A stretch of DNA of 64,000 nucleotides. Source: an uncultured Bacteroidaceae bacterium. GTDB taxonomy: Bacteria > Bacillota > Clostridia > Christensenellales > CAG-917. The notes beneath the pieces are model-generated. The model saw nothing but the letters and a program-made list of their open reading frames with translations. It ran no database searches and was not told where the DNA came from. Shown piece after piece: positions 27,454 to 36,974 of this stretch; position 1 is the first letter of the stretch; the number at the start of each line of letters is the position of its first letter. Made by a program: the position numbers and the translations under genes. The DNA lies in the NCBI GenBank assembly GCA_964637515.1, contig CAZWUI010000003.1:46087-110086 (forward strand), given 5' to 3'.

Positions 27454-29103
27454 TTATTCGTTGTCAGATTGTTCTTCGACGATTTCGCTTTCTTCTGCGA
27501 CGGCATCGACGATCGCTTCGTCTGCGCTTTCTTCTGCGACGACGGATTCTGCGATCTCTTCCGTTGCTTCTGCGATTGCCGCATCACGCTCTGCGATTGC
27601 CGCACAAATCTCTTCGTATTTTTCTTCGGAGATGTTGTACTTCAACATGTAGAGGATGAATGCGCCGATGATGAAGAGCATAGGAATGACGGACATAAAT
27701 ACGACAAGCCATTGAGAAATGCTGTTGTCCGCCCCGTTGAGAATTTCGGTGATGCGAGCCACGTCGGTAGTTCCACCCGTAGCATATGCTTCGTTTTCGA
27801 TTTCGGAAATTCTGTTTGTAATATCGGTGACACCGAGAATGACGAGTCCGAGACCTTGAATGCCTACACCGATTGCGCTTGCCATTTTCGCCATGAAGGG
27901 CCGGACGGAGAAGATTGCGCCTTCGTTGCGTTCGCCCGTCTTGTAGTCGTTGTATTCGACGGTGTTTGCGATTGAGATGGTGAGCACTTGATAGAACAAG
28001 GTTTGACCGAAGAATGCGATTGCACCACTGATTGCGATGAAGTAGAACACGATAGAGTCTGCTTTGGAGCCTTGTTCAAGTGCGAACCCGGTGACAAGAC
28101 CGAGGATGAGCAAGAGAGTGTAGCCGATGATAATCGTGGAGAAGGAAATCGTTGCGATTTTTCTTCTGGACATACGCTTGGACATCCAAGGATAGACGAT
28201 TATGATGACTGCGGAGCACGCAGTGAGCAAACTGAATACGGTGACGAGAGTGCCTTGATAGCCGTAACGGAACCATACGAAGTAGGTCGCGAAAAGGTTA
28301 AGGACGCCTGCGCCTACGTTATACATAAGCATAGAGCCTGCAGTGACGAGAAGTTGGTCGTTCTTGAAGATGGTTTTGAAAATCTTTTTGAGGGGACCTT
28401 CTTCGCCTTTGACTCTGGGTTGGAGCGGGGGAAGGGGTTTTTCCTTGACCACGAAGAAAGTCATGGTTTGGCAAATTGCGAAGATTGCGCAAATGACGCC
28501 CGCAATAATATGGTATGCGTTGGTGGAGTTGCCGAAAATCGAATTTGCAAGGTCGCCGTAGGTGAACAAAGAAGTCGCGCCGATTGCAAGACCTGCACCG
28601 ACACCCGCACCGATATTTGCAAGGGTGGATATGTTGTTTCTGTCGTCGGGATTAGATGCAAGGGAGGGCATCATTCCCCAATAGGAGATGTCGTTCATCG
28701 TGTAGGTGATGCCCCAAAGGAGATACATAAATCCGAAGAAGATAACCCAATCCCAGCCTTTCAGGTCTACGAAGAAGAGTAGGCAGATGACTACGACGTT
28801 GGTGATCATACCGATCATCATCCAAGGTTTGAACTTGCCGAATTTCGTTCTTGTACGCTCGATGACTGCGCCCATGAAGGGGTCGTTGCAACCGTCGAAT
28901 ATACGACAGACAAGGAAGATAATGGTGATTGTGGAAACCATTGCGGCGTCCAATTCTTTGGTGATGAGCATGAAAGTCATCAACGCGGTGTTGACGAGTT
29001 GATAGACCATATCACGGCCGATACCGCCCATGGAGTATCCCCAAAGATTACGCTTGGAAAGCCTATCCTCTTGCGGGGTGTTGATAGTGACTTGTTGTTC
29101 CAT
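27454..29103 (-). CDS. glycoside-pentoside-hexuronide (GPH/MFS) cation symporter with acidic C-terminal tail
   Basis: About 12 TM segments. MelB/YicJ-like N-terminal pattern (NLWGYSMGGIGRDMVYQLV). A cytoplasmic tail of about 55 aa rich in Glu and Ala. Confidence 0.8.
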   Translation of the reverse strand: MEQQVTINTPQEDRLSKRNLWGYSMGGIGRDMVYQLVNTALMTFMLITKELDAAMVSTITIIFLVCRIFDGCNDPFMGAVIERTRTKFGKFKPWMMIGMITNVVVICLLFFVDLKGWDWVIFFGFMYLLWGITYTMNDISYWGMMPSLASNPDDRNNISTLANIGAGVGAGLAIGATSLFTYGDLANSIFGNSTNAYHIIAGVICAIFAICQTMTFFVVKEKPLPPLQPRVKGEEGPLKKIFKTIFKNDQLLVTAGSMLMYNVGAGVLNLFATYFVWFRYGYQGTLVTVFSLLTACSAVIIIVYPWMSKRMSRRKIATISFSTIIIGYTLLLILGLVTGFALEQGSKADSIVFYFIAISGAIAFFGQTLFYQVLTISIANTVEYNDYKTGERNEGAIFSVRPFMAKMASAIGVGIQGLGLVILGVTDITNRISEIENEAYATGGTTDVARITEILNGADNSISQWLVVFMSVIPMLFIIGAFILYMLKYNISEEKYEEICAAIAERDAAIAEATEEIAESVVAEESADEAIVDAVAEESEIVEEQSDNE

Positions 29104-29222
29104 AATAAACTCCCGTTTGTTATTTTTATAAATCAGACTGCGTAGTGCAGAAAATTTATCTAACTATCACAACCGCTTGTTTATCGTGCGGAATTTTGCC
29201 GATAAACTGCGGATTTTGCGTT

Positions 29223-29666
29223 TTAGCACTCAAACACAAAGGACAAAGGTCCGTCTTGTTGTTGCTCAATATACATATGTGCGCCGAACACGCCGTTCTT
29301 GACGGTGATCCCTTGTTCGCGGATTTTCTCGGTGATATACTCATAGAGAAATCTTGCTCTGTCTGGTGCTTCCGCATTGCCGAAGTCGGGGCGGTTGCCG
29401 CTGCCTTTGCCGAGTTTTCCCGCAAGCGAGAATTGGGACACGAGAAGAATTTCTCCGCCTGCTTGACGGATGTCGAGATTCATCTTTTCGTTCTCGTCGC
29501 GGAACACACGCAGTTTTGCCATTTTGCCTGCGAAGTAGTCCGCTTGCGCTTCGGTGTCTCCCTTTTCGATGCCCAAAAATATGGTGAGTCCGCCGGGAAT
29601 TTCACTGATGAGTTCGCCGTCTACGTATAAGGCGGATTTGAAAGTTCTTTGTATCAATGCTCTCAT
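29223..29666 (-). CDS. dtd: D-aminoacyl-tRNA deacylase
   Basis: MRALIQR N-terminus, an SQFSL block and a C-terminal DGP motif. 147 aa. The ATG overlaps the upstream stop (ATGA). Confidence 0.9.
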   Translation of the reverse strand: MRALIQRTFKSALYVDGELISEIPGGLTIFLGIEKGDTEAQADYFAGKMAKLRVFRDENEKMNLDIRQAGGEILLVSQFSLAGKLGKGSGNRPDFGNAEAPDRARFLYEYITEKIREQGITVKNGVFGAHMYIEQQQDGPLSFVFEC

Positions 29667-30805
29667 TTTTTCGGTTTTGCGCCGAGATAGGCGTACAGGT
29701 TGCATTCAAGTTCGGAATTGTACATTTTGCGAATCTTGTCCGCACGCTTGCCAAAGTACTTTTCAAACGCTCTATACGACGTGATCACGTAGGCGCACCA
29801 TTCGTCAAGAGAGGAAAACGTGCGACCAAATTCACGGTATAACGTCTTCAATTCGTCTTCCTTCATCAACCGCTCTCCGTATGGCGGATTGGTGACGATG
29901 ACGCCGTGTGCGTAGCGCGACGAAAAGTCTTTCATGTCGGCGACTTGTAGATGTATTTTGTTTCGCACTCCCGCCTTGTCCGCATGGCGTAAGGCGAGTT
30001 TGATTGCGTCGGGGTTTATGTCGAATCCGCTTATGCGAAGTTCTCGATCTCTTGCGATCAGTTGTTCTGCTTCGTCCTGTACCGCTTTGCGCAGGTCGGG
30101 TGCGTTCGTGAAGGATTCGCAAACAAAATTTCTGTTCATTCCGGGGGCTATATTCAATCCGATAAGGCTCGCTTCGATGGGTATCGTCCCGCTTCCGCAA
30201 AACGGATCCGCAAACGCGCGGTCGGGATTCCACACCGACAACATAATTATTGCCGCCGCAAGAGTTTCTCTGATGGGTGCGTCCCCAAGCCAAGTGCGGT
30301 ATCCGCGCTTATGAAGCCCTGCGCCCGACGTGTCGAGTGTGATTCGCACCACGTCGTTGATGATAGATACTTCGATGCCGTAGGTCGCACCGTCCTCGGG
30401 GAAAACTTTCACTCCGTAGTGGGATTGCATTGATGCGATGATAGCCTTTTTGACGACACTCTGCACACTGCTCAAAGCGAATAATTTGCTTTTCACGCTC
30501 TTTGCCGTAACGATGATTTTTGCGTCAATCGGCAGCACTTCGTGCCAGTCGTATTTTGCCGTATTTTCAAATAGACCGTCGAAAGTGTCCGCAGTGAAGG
30601 TCGTGAGCAATATCCGCACTCTGCCTGCCGTCCGCAAGAAAACGTTTGTGCGCAACACGTCGGAATAGTCGCCTTCAAAGAGTATTCTTCCTGCTTCCGC
30701 CCCGCTCGGAGCGTAGCCGAGAGAGATCAATTCCCGCTTGGTCACCGCTTCGATACCGCTTGCGGATGCAACTTCGATATTTAGTCTGCCGTCAAAAATA
30801 CTCAT
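29663..30805 (-). CDS. THUMP-domain class I SAM-dependent RNA methyltransferase (RlmL/YpsC-like)
   Basis: N-terminal THUMP-like region, SAM fold DPFCGSGT and catalytic NPPYG. Confidence 0.8.
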   Translation of the reverse strand: MSIFDGRLNIEVASASGIEAVTKRELISLGYAPSGAEAGRILFEGDYSDVLRTNVFLRTAGRVRILLTTFTADTFDGLFENTAKYDWHEVLPIDAKIIVTAKSVKSKLFALSSVQSVVKKAIIASMQSHYGVKVFPEDGATYGIEVSIINDVVRITLDTSGAGLHKRGYRTWLGDAPIRETLAAAIIMLSVWNPDRAFADPFCGSGTIPIEASLIGLNIAPGMNRNFVCESFTNAPDLRKAVQDEAEQLIARDRELRISGFDINPDAIKLALRHADKAGVRNKIHLQVADMKDFSSRYAHGVIVTNPPYGERLMKEDELKTLYREFGRTFSSLDEWCAYVITSYRAFEKYFGKRADKIRKMYNSELECNLYAYLGAKPKK

Positions 30806-30813
30806 ACGCTATT

Positions 30814-30841
30814 ATTATAATATAAAAATAAAATAAGTCAA
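30814..30841 (-). promoter_or_regulatory. promoter placed for a leaderless or near-leaderless methyltransferase mRNA
   Basis: Minus strand: ttgact, 16-nt spacer, tataat, then only 8 nt (aatagcgt) before ATG 30805. No SD. Confidence 0.45.
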
Positions 30842-30899
30842 TATCAAAAAAAACGTACGCGCCCCCGCTTTAAGCAAGCGGTATATTATGAGCGGACGT

Positions 30900-30929
30900 G
30901 CGGCTTGGTGACAGAGCAAAAATGCGCAG
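30900..30929 (+). repeat. 30-nt dispersed intergenic motif (copy 2)
   Basis: gcggcttggtgacagagcaaaaatgcgcag is 27/30 identical to 10859-10888. Confidence 0.9.
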
Positions 30930-30931
30930 TT

Positions 30932-31000
30932 GTTTTCCTCTTGGGGACGGAGCAAAAGCGGAAAACTTTTCCGCTTTTGCTCCGTCCCCAAGAGGAAAAC
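30932..31000. repeat. 69-nt perfect palindrome (34-bp arms, 1-nt centre)
   Basis: 30932-30965 (gttttcctcttggggacggagcaaaagcggaaaa) is the exact reverse complement of 30967-31000, checked base by base. Confidence 0.95.
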
Positions 31001-31075
31001 GTTTCAGCGGGGCGAGAAAATTAAAACTTGACTTGCATTTCGACATTCGGCATAATTATAGAAAGGAGATTTGCA

Positions 31076-31603
31076 ATGAATTTCAATGAATTGATTTTGA
31101 AAAGAGAAAGTTGCAGAGCGTTTTCGGGTGAGAGCGTGTCAAAGGACGATTTGACTCTCATCGTCGATGCCGGACGTTTTTCACCGTCTGCAAGGAATAG
31201 GCAACCGTGGGATTTCTACGTTGTGTCAGGAAATAAAACGGACGATGTGAGAAAAGCGGTGCAGTTTTACGGCGGAAACCTTTTCACCGATAAAGCGGCG
31301 GCGTTTGTTGCAGTCGTGAAAAACGAAGTCGAATCGAATATCCCGTCCAACCTTCCGCAAAGGAATTTTGTGGAATGCGATCTTGGTATGGCGATGGTCA
31401 GCATGGCGTATCAAGCGGCGGATATAGGACTCGGCACTTGCATTCTCGGAATGTTCAACGAAGATATGATCAAATCGGCGGTTGGTATCGACGGTGATAC
31501 GCGCACCGTCAAACTCGTGCTTGCAATAGGCGTGCCCGAATCAAAATCCGTCCGCACGAAAATGCGCAGAGATGCGGACGACGTAGCGCATTTTGTAGAT
31601 TGA
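31076..31603 (+). CDS. nitroreductase-family protein
   Basis: RESCRAF and SARNRQPW motifs. ATG 31076 follows AAAGGAG. A ttgact, 17-nt spacer, cataat promoter lies at 31028-31056. Confidence 0.75.
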   Translation: MNFNELILKRESCRAFSGESVSKDDLTLIVDAGRFSPSARNRQPWDFYVVSGNKTDDVRKAVQFYGGNLFTDKAAAFVAVVKNEVESNIPSNLPQRNFVECDLGMAMVSMAYQAADIGLGTCILGMFNEDMIKSAVGIDGDTRTVKLVLAIGVPESKSVRTKMRRDADDVAHFVD

Positions 31604-32073
31604 TGAAGAAAGTTAGATTGAATTTCGTATGCCTTGGCAATATTTGTCGCTCACCTATGGCGGAATTTATCGCCGCAGACATGATTGCAAAAAGAGGTCT
31701 TGAAGACAAAATATCCGTTTTTTCGCAGGGTGTAAGTAGGGAAGAAGAAGGAAACCCCGTCTATCCTATGGCGAAAGCAACGTTGAGAGCGCACGGCGTG
31801 CCTATCTACGAGCATAGGGCAAACGTGGTGACCGCCTGCGACTACGACTCGTACGATTTGTTTCTCGGAATGGAAGAATATCACGTGTCGAGAATGCGCA
31901 GAGTTTTTGGAGGAGATGACGGCGGAAAGGTGAAACGACTCCTTGATTTCACGGAAAAGGGCAAGGATATCGAAGACCCTTGGTATACGGGCAACTTTGA
32001 AAAAGTGTTCGATGAAATCGGTTTGGGAGTCAGCGCACTTCTCGATTACGTCGAAAAGAATATGCTCGATTGA
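31600..32073 (+). CDS. low-molecular-weight protein-tyrosine phosphatase
   Basis: P-loop CLGNICRSP (CX5R-S) and a DPWY aspartate loop. The start overlaps the nitroreductase stop. Confidence 0.85.
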   Translation: MMKKVRLNFVCLGNICRSPMAEFIAADMIAKRGLEDKISVFSQGVSREEEGNPVYPMAKATLRAHGVPIYEHRANVVTACDYDSYDLFLGMEEYHVSRMRRVFGGDDGGKVKRLLDFTEKGKDIEDPWYTGNFEKVFDEIGLGVSALLDYVEKNMLD

Positions 32074-32141
32074 TTTTGCGTGACAATTGAAAGATAATCG
32101 CAATAAAACATAGCGGCAAAAAGAATTGAATAGACGACAAT

Positions 32142-32199
32142 AAAACACGATACGTTTACCAAAAATTATTTTGCAGTAAACGTATCGTGTTTTATTTTT
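32142..32199 (+). terminator. intrinsic terminator (18-bp stem)
   Basis: aaaacacgatacgtttac-N16-gtaaacgtatcgtgtttt followed by a T-run. Confidence 0.8.
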
Positions 32200-32613
32200 G
32201 AAAACCATATGAATTTATGCTTGTTTTTCTCTTGGAAAGGGCGGTGAGAAACATGGCGAAAAAGTTATAAATAATTTCATATTAGAAAATATGCACGATT
32301 GTATACTATATCATGCTAAATTCCTAAATTTTTAACAGTGAAAAATCAAAGATTTTTCAAATTATTTAGTAGTTTTTAATACACGCGTTTCGTTATCGAA
32401 CAAAAATTTTGTTTTTGGCGCTTGAAAATTACACAAAAATTGCGTTTTTGTAAAAAATCTATTTTCTTTATTGGTAAATCGTGGTATAATCATTAAAGAC
32501 GTATATCCTAAACGCAGCGCACGACTGCGCGCGAAAGGTTGAAAATTTGCACTTTTGAGTGATTCGACCACTTTGGGACCACCTGCGTCTAAAACAAAAA
32601 GGACAAAATTTTT

Positions 32614-35397
32614 ATGCTAAAACTTGTTAATATCACCAAAGAATACAAGGTCGAAGAGGAGATTACTCTCGCCTTGAAAAACGTTTCTATCGAATTCAGA
32701 CAAAATGAATTCGTCTCAATATTAGGTCCCTCCGGCTGTGGCAAAACAACCCTGCTCAATATCGTCGGCGGTCTCGACCGTTACACCTACGGCGACATTC
32801 AAGTCGACGGAATTTCCACCAAAGAGTACGATGACGTAGACTGGGATACCTACAGAAACAAGCGTGTCGGTTTCGTTTTCCAATCCTATAACCTCATTCC
32901 TCATATGAGCATTCTCAAGAACGTCGCACTTTGTCTTACCCTGTCCGGTGTGGATAGAGAAGAGCGTAGAGAGCGCGCTATGGAAGCACTCCGCAAAGTC
33001 GGACTTGAGTCGCAGGCAAGAAAGAAACCTATGCAACTCTCGGGTGGTCAAATGCAAAGAGTCGCAATCGCACGTGCTCTCGTCAACAACCCCGACATCA
33101 TCCTTGCCGACGAGCCGACGGGCGCACTCGACACCGAATCCGGCTTGCAAGTCATGGAGCTTCTCAAAGAAGTCGCGAAAGACAGACTCGTCGTCATGGT
33201 CACGCACAATCCTCAACTTGCCGAAGAATACAGTACGCGTATCGTGTACTTGAAAGACGGTGAAGTGGTCGGCGACACTATGCCCTACAATAGCGACGAA
33301 ACACCCGCAGTCGAGAATGCCGAAGAAACCGTTGCCGAACTCGTCGAACTCGAAAACGTAGCGGAAGAAAGCGCAGAAAATGCGGACGCAGTCGAAAACG
33401 CCGATTTGACCAATACCCAAAAAATCAAAAAGAACGTCAAAAAAATGGGCAAATTCATGATGAAGATGCTCAAGCGTCGTCAATACGGCAAGTCCGCCAT
33501 GAAACTCGGCACCGCAATCAACCTCAGTTGGAACAACCTTATCAGCAAGAAAGGCAGAACCTTCCTGACTTCGGTTGCAGGCAGTATCGGTATCATCGGT
33601 ATAATTCTCGTTTTGTCCTTGTCTAACGGCGCAACCGCCTACGTTAAGGCCCTTGAAGAAGACGCTTTGTCCACCTATCCTTTGACGGTCACGAAATCCA
33701 GTCTTGATATTAGTTCGCTCATGCAAGAACTCATGGGCATCGGTGGCAATACTTCGAAGAACGAACCTGTCAACGATAATGAAATCAAAGGTCAAATCGT
33801 GCTCGGTGGCCTTGCCGGAATGTTCTTGCATCCGTCAGCGCAGGAAGAGAACGATTTATACTCACTCAAGAAAAAGATTGAAAGCGACTTCGATCACGAT
33901 CTTGCAACGGTGAAATATAACTACGGTACTTCTTTCAACGTCTACGCAACCGATCCGAAGAATGACGTCGAATATATGAAGACGACACCTTATGCGGAAA
34001 ATATGTACACGCTCTTCGAGTATTTCAACACTCTGCTTGGCGGTGGGTTGTCGAATATGGAAATAAATATTATGGGCGTATCAATGACTTTGACGGATGC
34101 GATGGGTTATTTGTCGTCCATGATAGGCGAGCCGTGGGCGCAGATTTCCACCAATACGCAACTCGTCGAATCGCAATACGAGGTCGTTGGCGGTAGCTGG
34201 CCGACAAAAGCAAACGAAGTCGTTGTCGTCGTCAATTCCGACAACACTCTTTACGACTATCAGCTGTTCATGGTGGGATTGAAGTCAAGCAATGACTTGC
34301 TTCAACTTATCATGGATGCGGATGCATTTGTCGCAGAGCCTTATTCCATTGACGAAATTCTCTCTCTCGAATACAAGATCATGTCGAACGTAGACTATCT
34401 CAAGTCGAACGGCGACGGCACGTGGTCCATGGAAAACAGATCGACTTTGAACAAGGAATACGTCGATTCGCACGCTATGACGTTTGCGGACGGCACGGAT
34501 ACGGTCAAAGTCGTGGGCGTCGTTCGTCCCAAAGAAGGCTCGATCGCAAGTTCAATCGGCGGCGTCATCGGATATACCTCCGCACTCGACGAAGCGTTGC
34601 TCCAACACTCCGAAAATCACGAAGCAGTGAAAGAAATGAAATCTCGCTATGACGCAGCTGTTGCAAGCGACAGTACGACGTATGAAAGCGTGATGTCTGT
34701 TTATAAGTACGTATATCCCGATCAGGACGACGAGGTCAAAACCATTCAGGAAAAGCCACTTATCGGCATCGGCGAATCGGTTTCGATAGATACGGAAAAC
34801 GTCGACGGCGACAAGCACGCAACGATTATGCGTGAACTTGGATTTATCGACAAGGATTATCCGCAAAGCATCGACTTCTATTGTTCGAGTTTCGAGTCAA
34901 AAGAAAAGGTTGCGCAATTCCTGTCGGATAACGAAATCAATTATTCGGATTCGTTGGCGGGCATTATGGGATTCGTGAACACGATGGTTACGACGATAAC
35001 CGGCGTACTCGTCGGATTTGCGGCAATTTCACTCGTCGTTTCCACGATAATGATTGCAATCATCATCTACACGTCCGTCATTGAAAGACGCAAGGAAATT
35101 GGTGTGCTCCGCAGTATCGGCGCAAGAAAACGCGATATATCCCGCGTATTTTTGGCGGAATCCGCAATACTCGGCGGATATTCGGGATTCATCGGTGTGC
35201 TTGTCAGTTCAGTGATAAGCGTCGTGGCAAGCGTGATCGTAGGCCTAGAACTCGGCATCGAAAATTTGTTGTCGGTGTCTTGGTGGCAGTGCCTTTTCAT
35301 GTTTGGAGTGAGTATCGTGCTCAGCATGGTCGCAGGATTCATTCCTTCTCGTATTGCAGCGAACAAAGATCCCGCTATCGCGCTCCGCTCCGAATAA
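32614..35397 (+). CDS. fused ABC ATPase / MacB-FtsX-type permease (927 aa)
   Basis: Same architecture and motifs as 21834-24734 ([35 protein letters not shown]; C-terminal FtsX bundle). Acidic, repeat-like linker (ENAEETVAELVELENVAEESAENADAVENAD). Confidence 0.85.
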   Translation: MLKLVNITKEYKVEEEITLALKNVSIEFRQNEFVSILGPSGCGKTTLLNIVGGLDRYTYGDIQVDGISTKEYDDVDWDTYRNKRVGFVFQSYNLIPHMSILKNVALCLTLSGVDREERRERAMEALRKVGLESQARKKPMQLSGGQMQRVAIARALVNNPDIILADEPTGALDTESGLQVMELLKEVAKDRLVVMVTHNPQLAEEYSTRIVYLKDGEVVGDTMPYNSDETPAVENAEETVAELVELENVAEESAENADAVENADLTNTQKIKKNVKKMGKFMMKMLKRRQYGKSAMKLGTAINLSWNNLISKKGRTFLTSVAGSIGIIGIILVLSLSNGATAYVKALEEDALSTYPLTVTKSSLDISSLMQELMGIGGNTSKNEPVNDNEIKGQIVLGGLAGMFLHPSAQEENDLYSLKKKIESDFDHDLATVKYNYGTSFNVYATDPKNDVEYMKTTPYAENMYTLFEYFNTLLGGGLSNMEINIMGVSMTLTDAMGYLSSMIGEPWAQISTNTQLVESQYEVVGGSWPTKANEVVVVVNSDNTLYDYQLFMVGLKSSNDLLQLIMDADAFVAEPYSIDEILSLEYKIMSNVDYLKSNGDGTWSMENRSTLNKEYVDSHAMTFADGTDTVKVVGVVRPKEGSIASSIGGVIGYTSALDEALLQHSENHEAVKEMKSRYDAAVASDSTTYESVMSVYKYVYPDQDDEVKTIQEKPLIGIGESVSIDTENVDGDKHATIMRELGFIDKDYPQSIDFYCSSFESKEKVAQFLSDNEINYSDSLAGIMGFVNTMVTTITGVLVGFAAISLVVSTIMIAIIIYTSVIERRKEIGVLRSIGARKRDISRVFLAESAILGGYSGFIGVLVSSVISVVASVIVGLELGIENLLSVSWWQCLFMFGVSIVLSMVAGFIPSRIAANKDPAIALRSE

Positions 35398-35410
35398 TTC
35401 AATGCAATTC

Positions 35411-35441
35411 GAAAGGTCGGTTTATGCCGACCTTTCTTTTT
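35411..35441 (+). terminator. intrinsic terminator
   Basis: gaaaggtcgg-tttatg-ccgacctttc followed by ttttt. Confidence 0.75.
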
Positions 35442-35518
35442 GTAAAATTGTTTTGACAATATGCGGATTTTAAGATTATACTTATGTAAATAAATAAAAT
35501 TAACTATAAGAGGAAATT

Positions 35519-36955
35519 ATGGAATACTTTTTGAACGAAGTCACATCAAAAGAAAGAGTGCTTGAAAATATGAACAAGATGAACTCTTTCGGCGGAGGCG
35601 ACCGCCTTACCGGCACCGTCGGACAACACGATTACTGCGCATGGCTCAAAGACGAAATCAAGAGCATGGGCGTCGAAGTCGTATCGAAAGAATACACTTT
35701 CGACCGTTGGGGCGCAAAGGATTTCTCCTTGTATATCGACGGAGAGAATATCCCTGTGTCATCTCCCTTCCATTATAGCGGACTCACCGACGAAGAAGGC
35801 GTGACGGGCAAACTCTGCGTAGTGTGCAACAATCCGCTCGACTTCCAACGCGCAAGAGGCAAAATCGCAGTCTGCCACATCAAAAACCTGTCCGTAATCA
35901 GCAGTAAAATCGCATTCAACAAACGCAATTCTCTTCCCGCAGACCTTGCGGTTGAGAAGAGTTACAAAGGACCCGTCAGCACGTCTTTCGTCAAAACGTT
36001 GCTCACTTTCTGGTCCCTTAAACTCGCAGGCGTAAAGGGTATGATTTGCATATGGGAAGATATGTCCGACCAAATGGTTGACGGACAATGCCTGAATTTC
36101 ATACTCGGCTATCTCAAAGTTCCCGTGATTTGGGTGAACGAAACCCAAGGCAAGAAAGTGCTCAAAGCGGCGAAAGAAAAGAAACGCGCAACCCTTCGTC
36201 TTGTCGGCGAATACGAAAAGAACGCAAAAACCGAATCTTTCCATGCGATTATCAAGGGTACGGGCAACACCAACGAGGCAATCATCATCAACACCCACAC
36301 GGACGGTTGCAACTTCTCCGAAGAAAACGGCGGTGTAGGCATGCTCGAAATGATGAGATATTTCGTCAAACACCCCACCGAAAGAAACCTTATCTTCGTG
36401 TTCGTTACGGGACACTTCCGTCTGCCTAAATTCCGCGAAGGCATCATGACTTCCAATCAAGCGACGGGCAGATGGCTCGCCGACAACAAGGATATGTGGA
36501 ACGGCAAGACCTATAAAGCGGTCGCGGGATGCGCAGTCGAACACCTTGGTTGCACCGAATGGAAGGACGTGAACGGCATTTACACCAAGACCAACGAGAT
36601 CGACACCGAACTCGTCTACGTCGGCAACAAGAAACTCGACGCAATCTACTACGAAGCGGTCAAAGATAGAGATAATGTCCGAACGATGACTCTTCGCGGA
36701 CACAATACGATGCACTTCGGCGAAGGTCAACCGCTCTCCAAAAAGCACATTCCCGAAATCGCACTTGTCACCGCACCCGACTATCTCTGCTCGGTGGACT
36801 ACACCGGCAATAACCATATGGATAAATTCAATCTCGACCTTGCGTACGAGCAAATACACACTTTCGTGAAATGCGTGCAAATCCTCGACAAGAAGACCGT
36901 CAAGGAAATCGGAAAATCACAAGCGTATTCTCTCGGCTTAGGCAGGCTTAAATAA
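35519..36955 (+). CDS. hypothetical protein, divergent PA-domain/M28-peptidase-like
   Basis: Layout by eye resembles M28 enzymes with an inserted PA domain (NTHTDG ... EENGGVGMLEMMRY ... FVTGHF), but several canonical metal ligands appear substituted. RBS GAGGA. Confidence 0.4.
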   Translation: MEYFLNEVTSKERVLENMNKMNSFGGGDRLTGTVGQHDYCAWLKDEIKSMGVEVVSKEYTFDRWGAKDFSLYIDGENIPVSSPFHYSGLTDEEGVTGKLCVVCNNPLDFQRARGKIAVCHIKNLSVISSKIAFNKRNSLPADLAVEKSYKGPVSTSFVKTLLTFWSLKLAGVKGMICIWEDMSDQMVDGQCLNFILGYLKVPVIWVNETQGKKVLKAAKEKKRATLRLVGEYEKNAKTESFHAIIKGTGNTNEAIIINTHTDGCNFSEENGGVGMLEMMRYFVKHPTERNLIFVFVTGHFRLPKFREGIMTSNQATGRWLADNKDMWNGKTYKAVAGCAVEHLGCTEWKDVNGIYTKTNEIDTELVYVGNKKLDAIYYEAVKDRDNVRTMTLRGHNTMHFGEGQPLSKKHIPEIALVTAPDYLCSVDYTGNNHMDKFNLDLAYEQIHTFVKCVQILDKKTVKEIGKSQAYSLGLGRLK

Positions 36956-36974
36956 TCATCTGAGGAGAAGTCCT

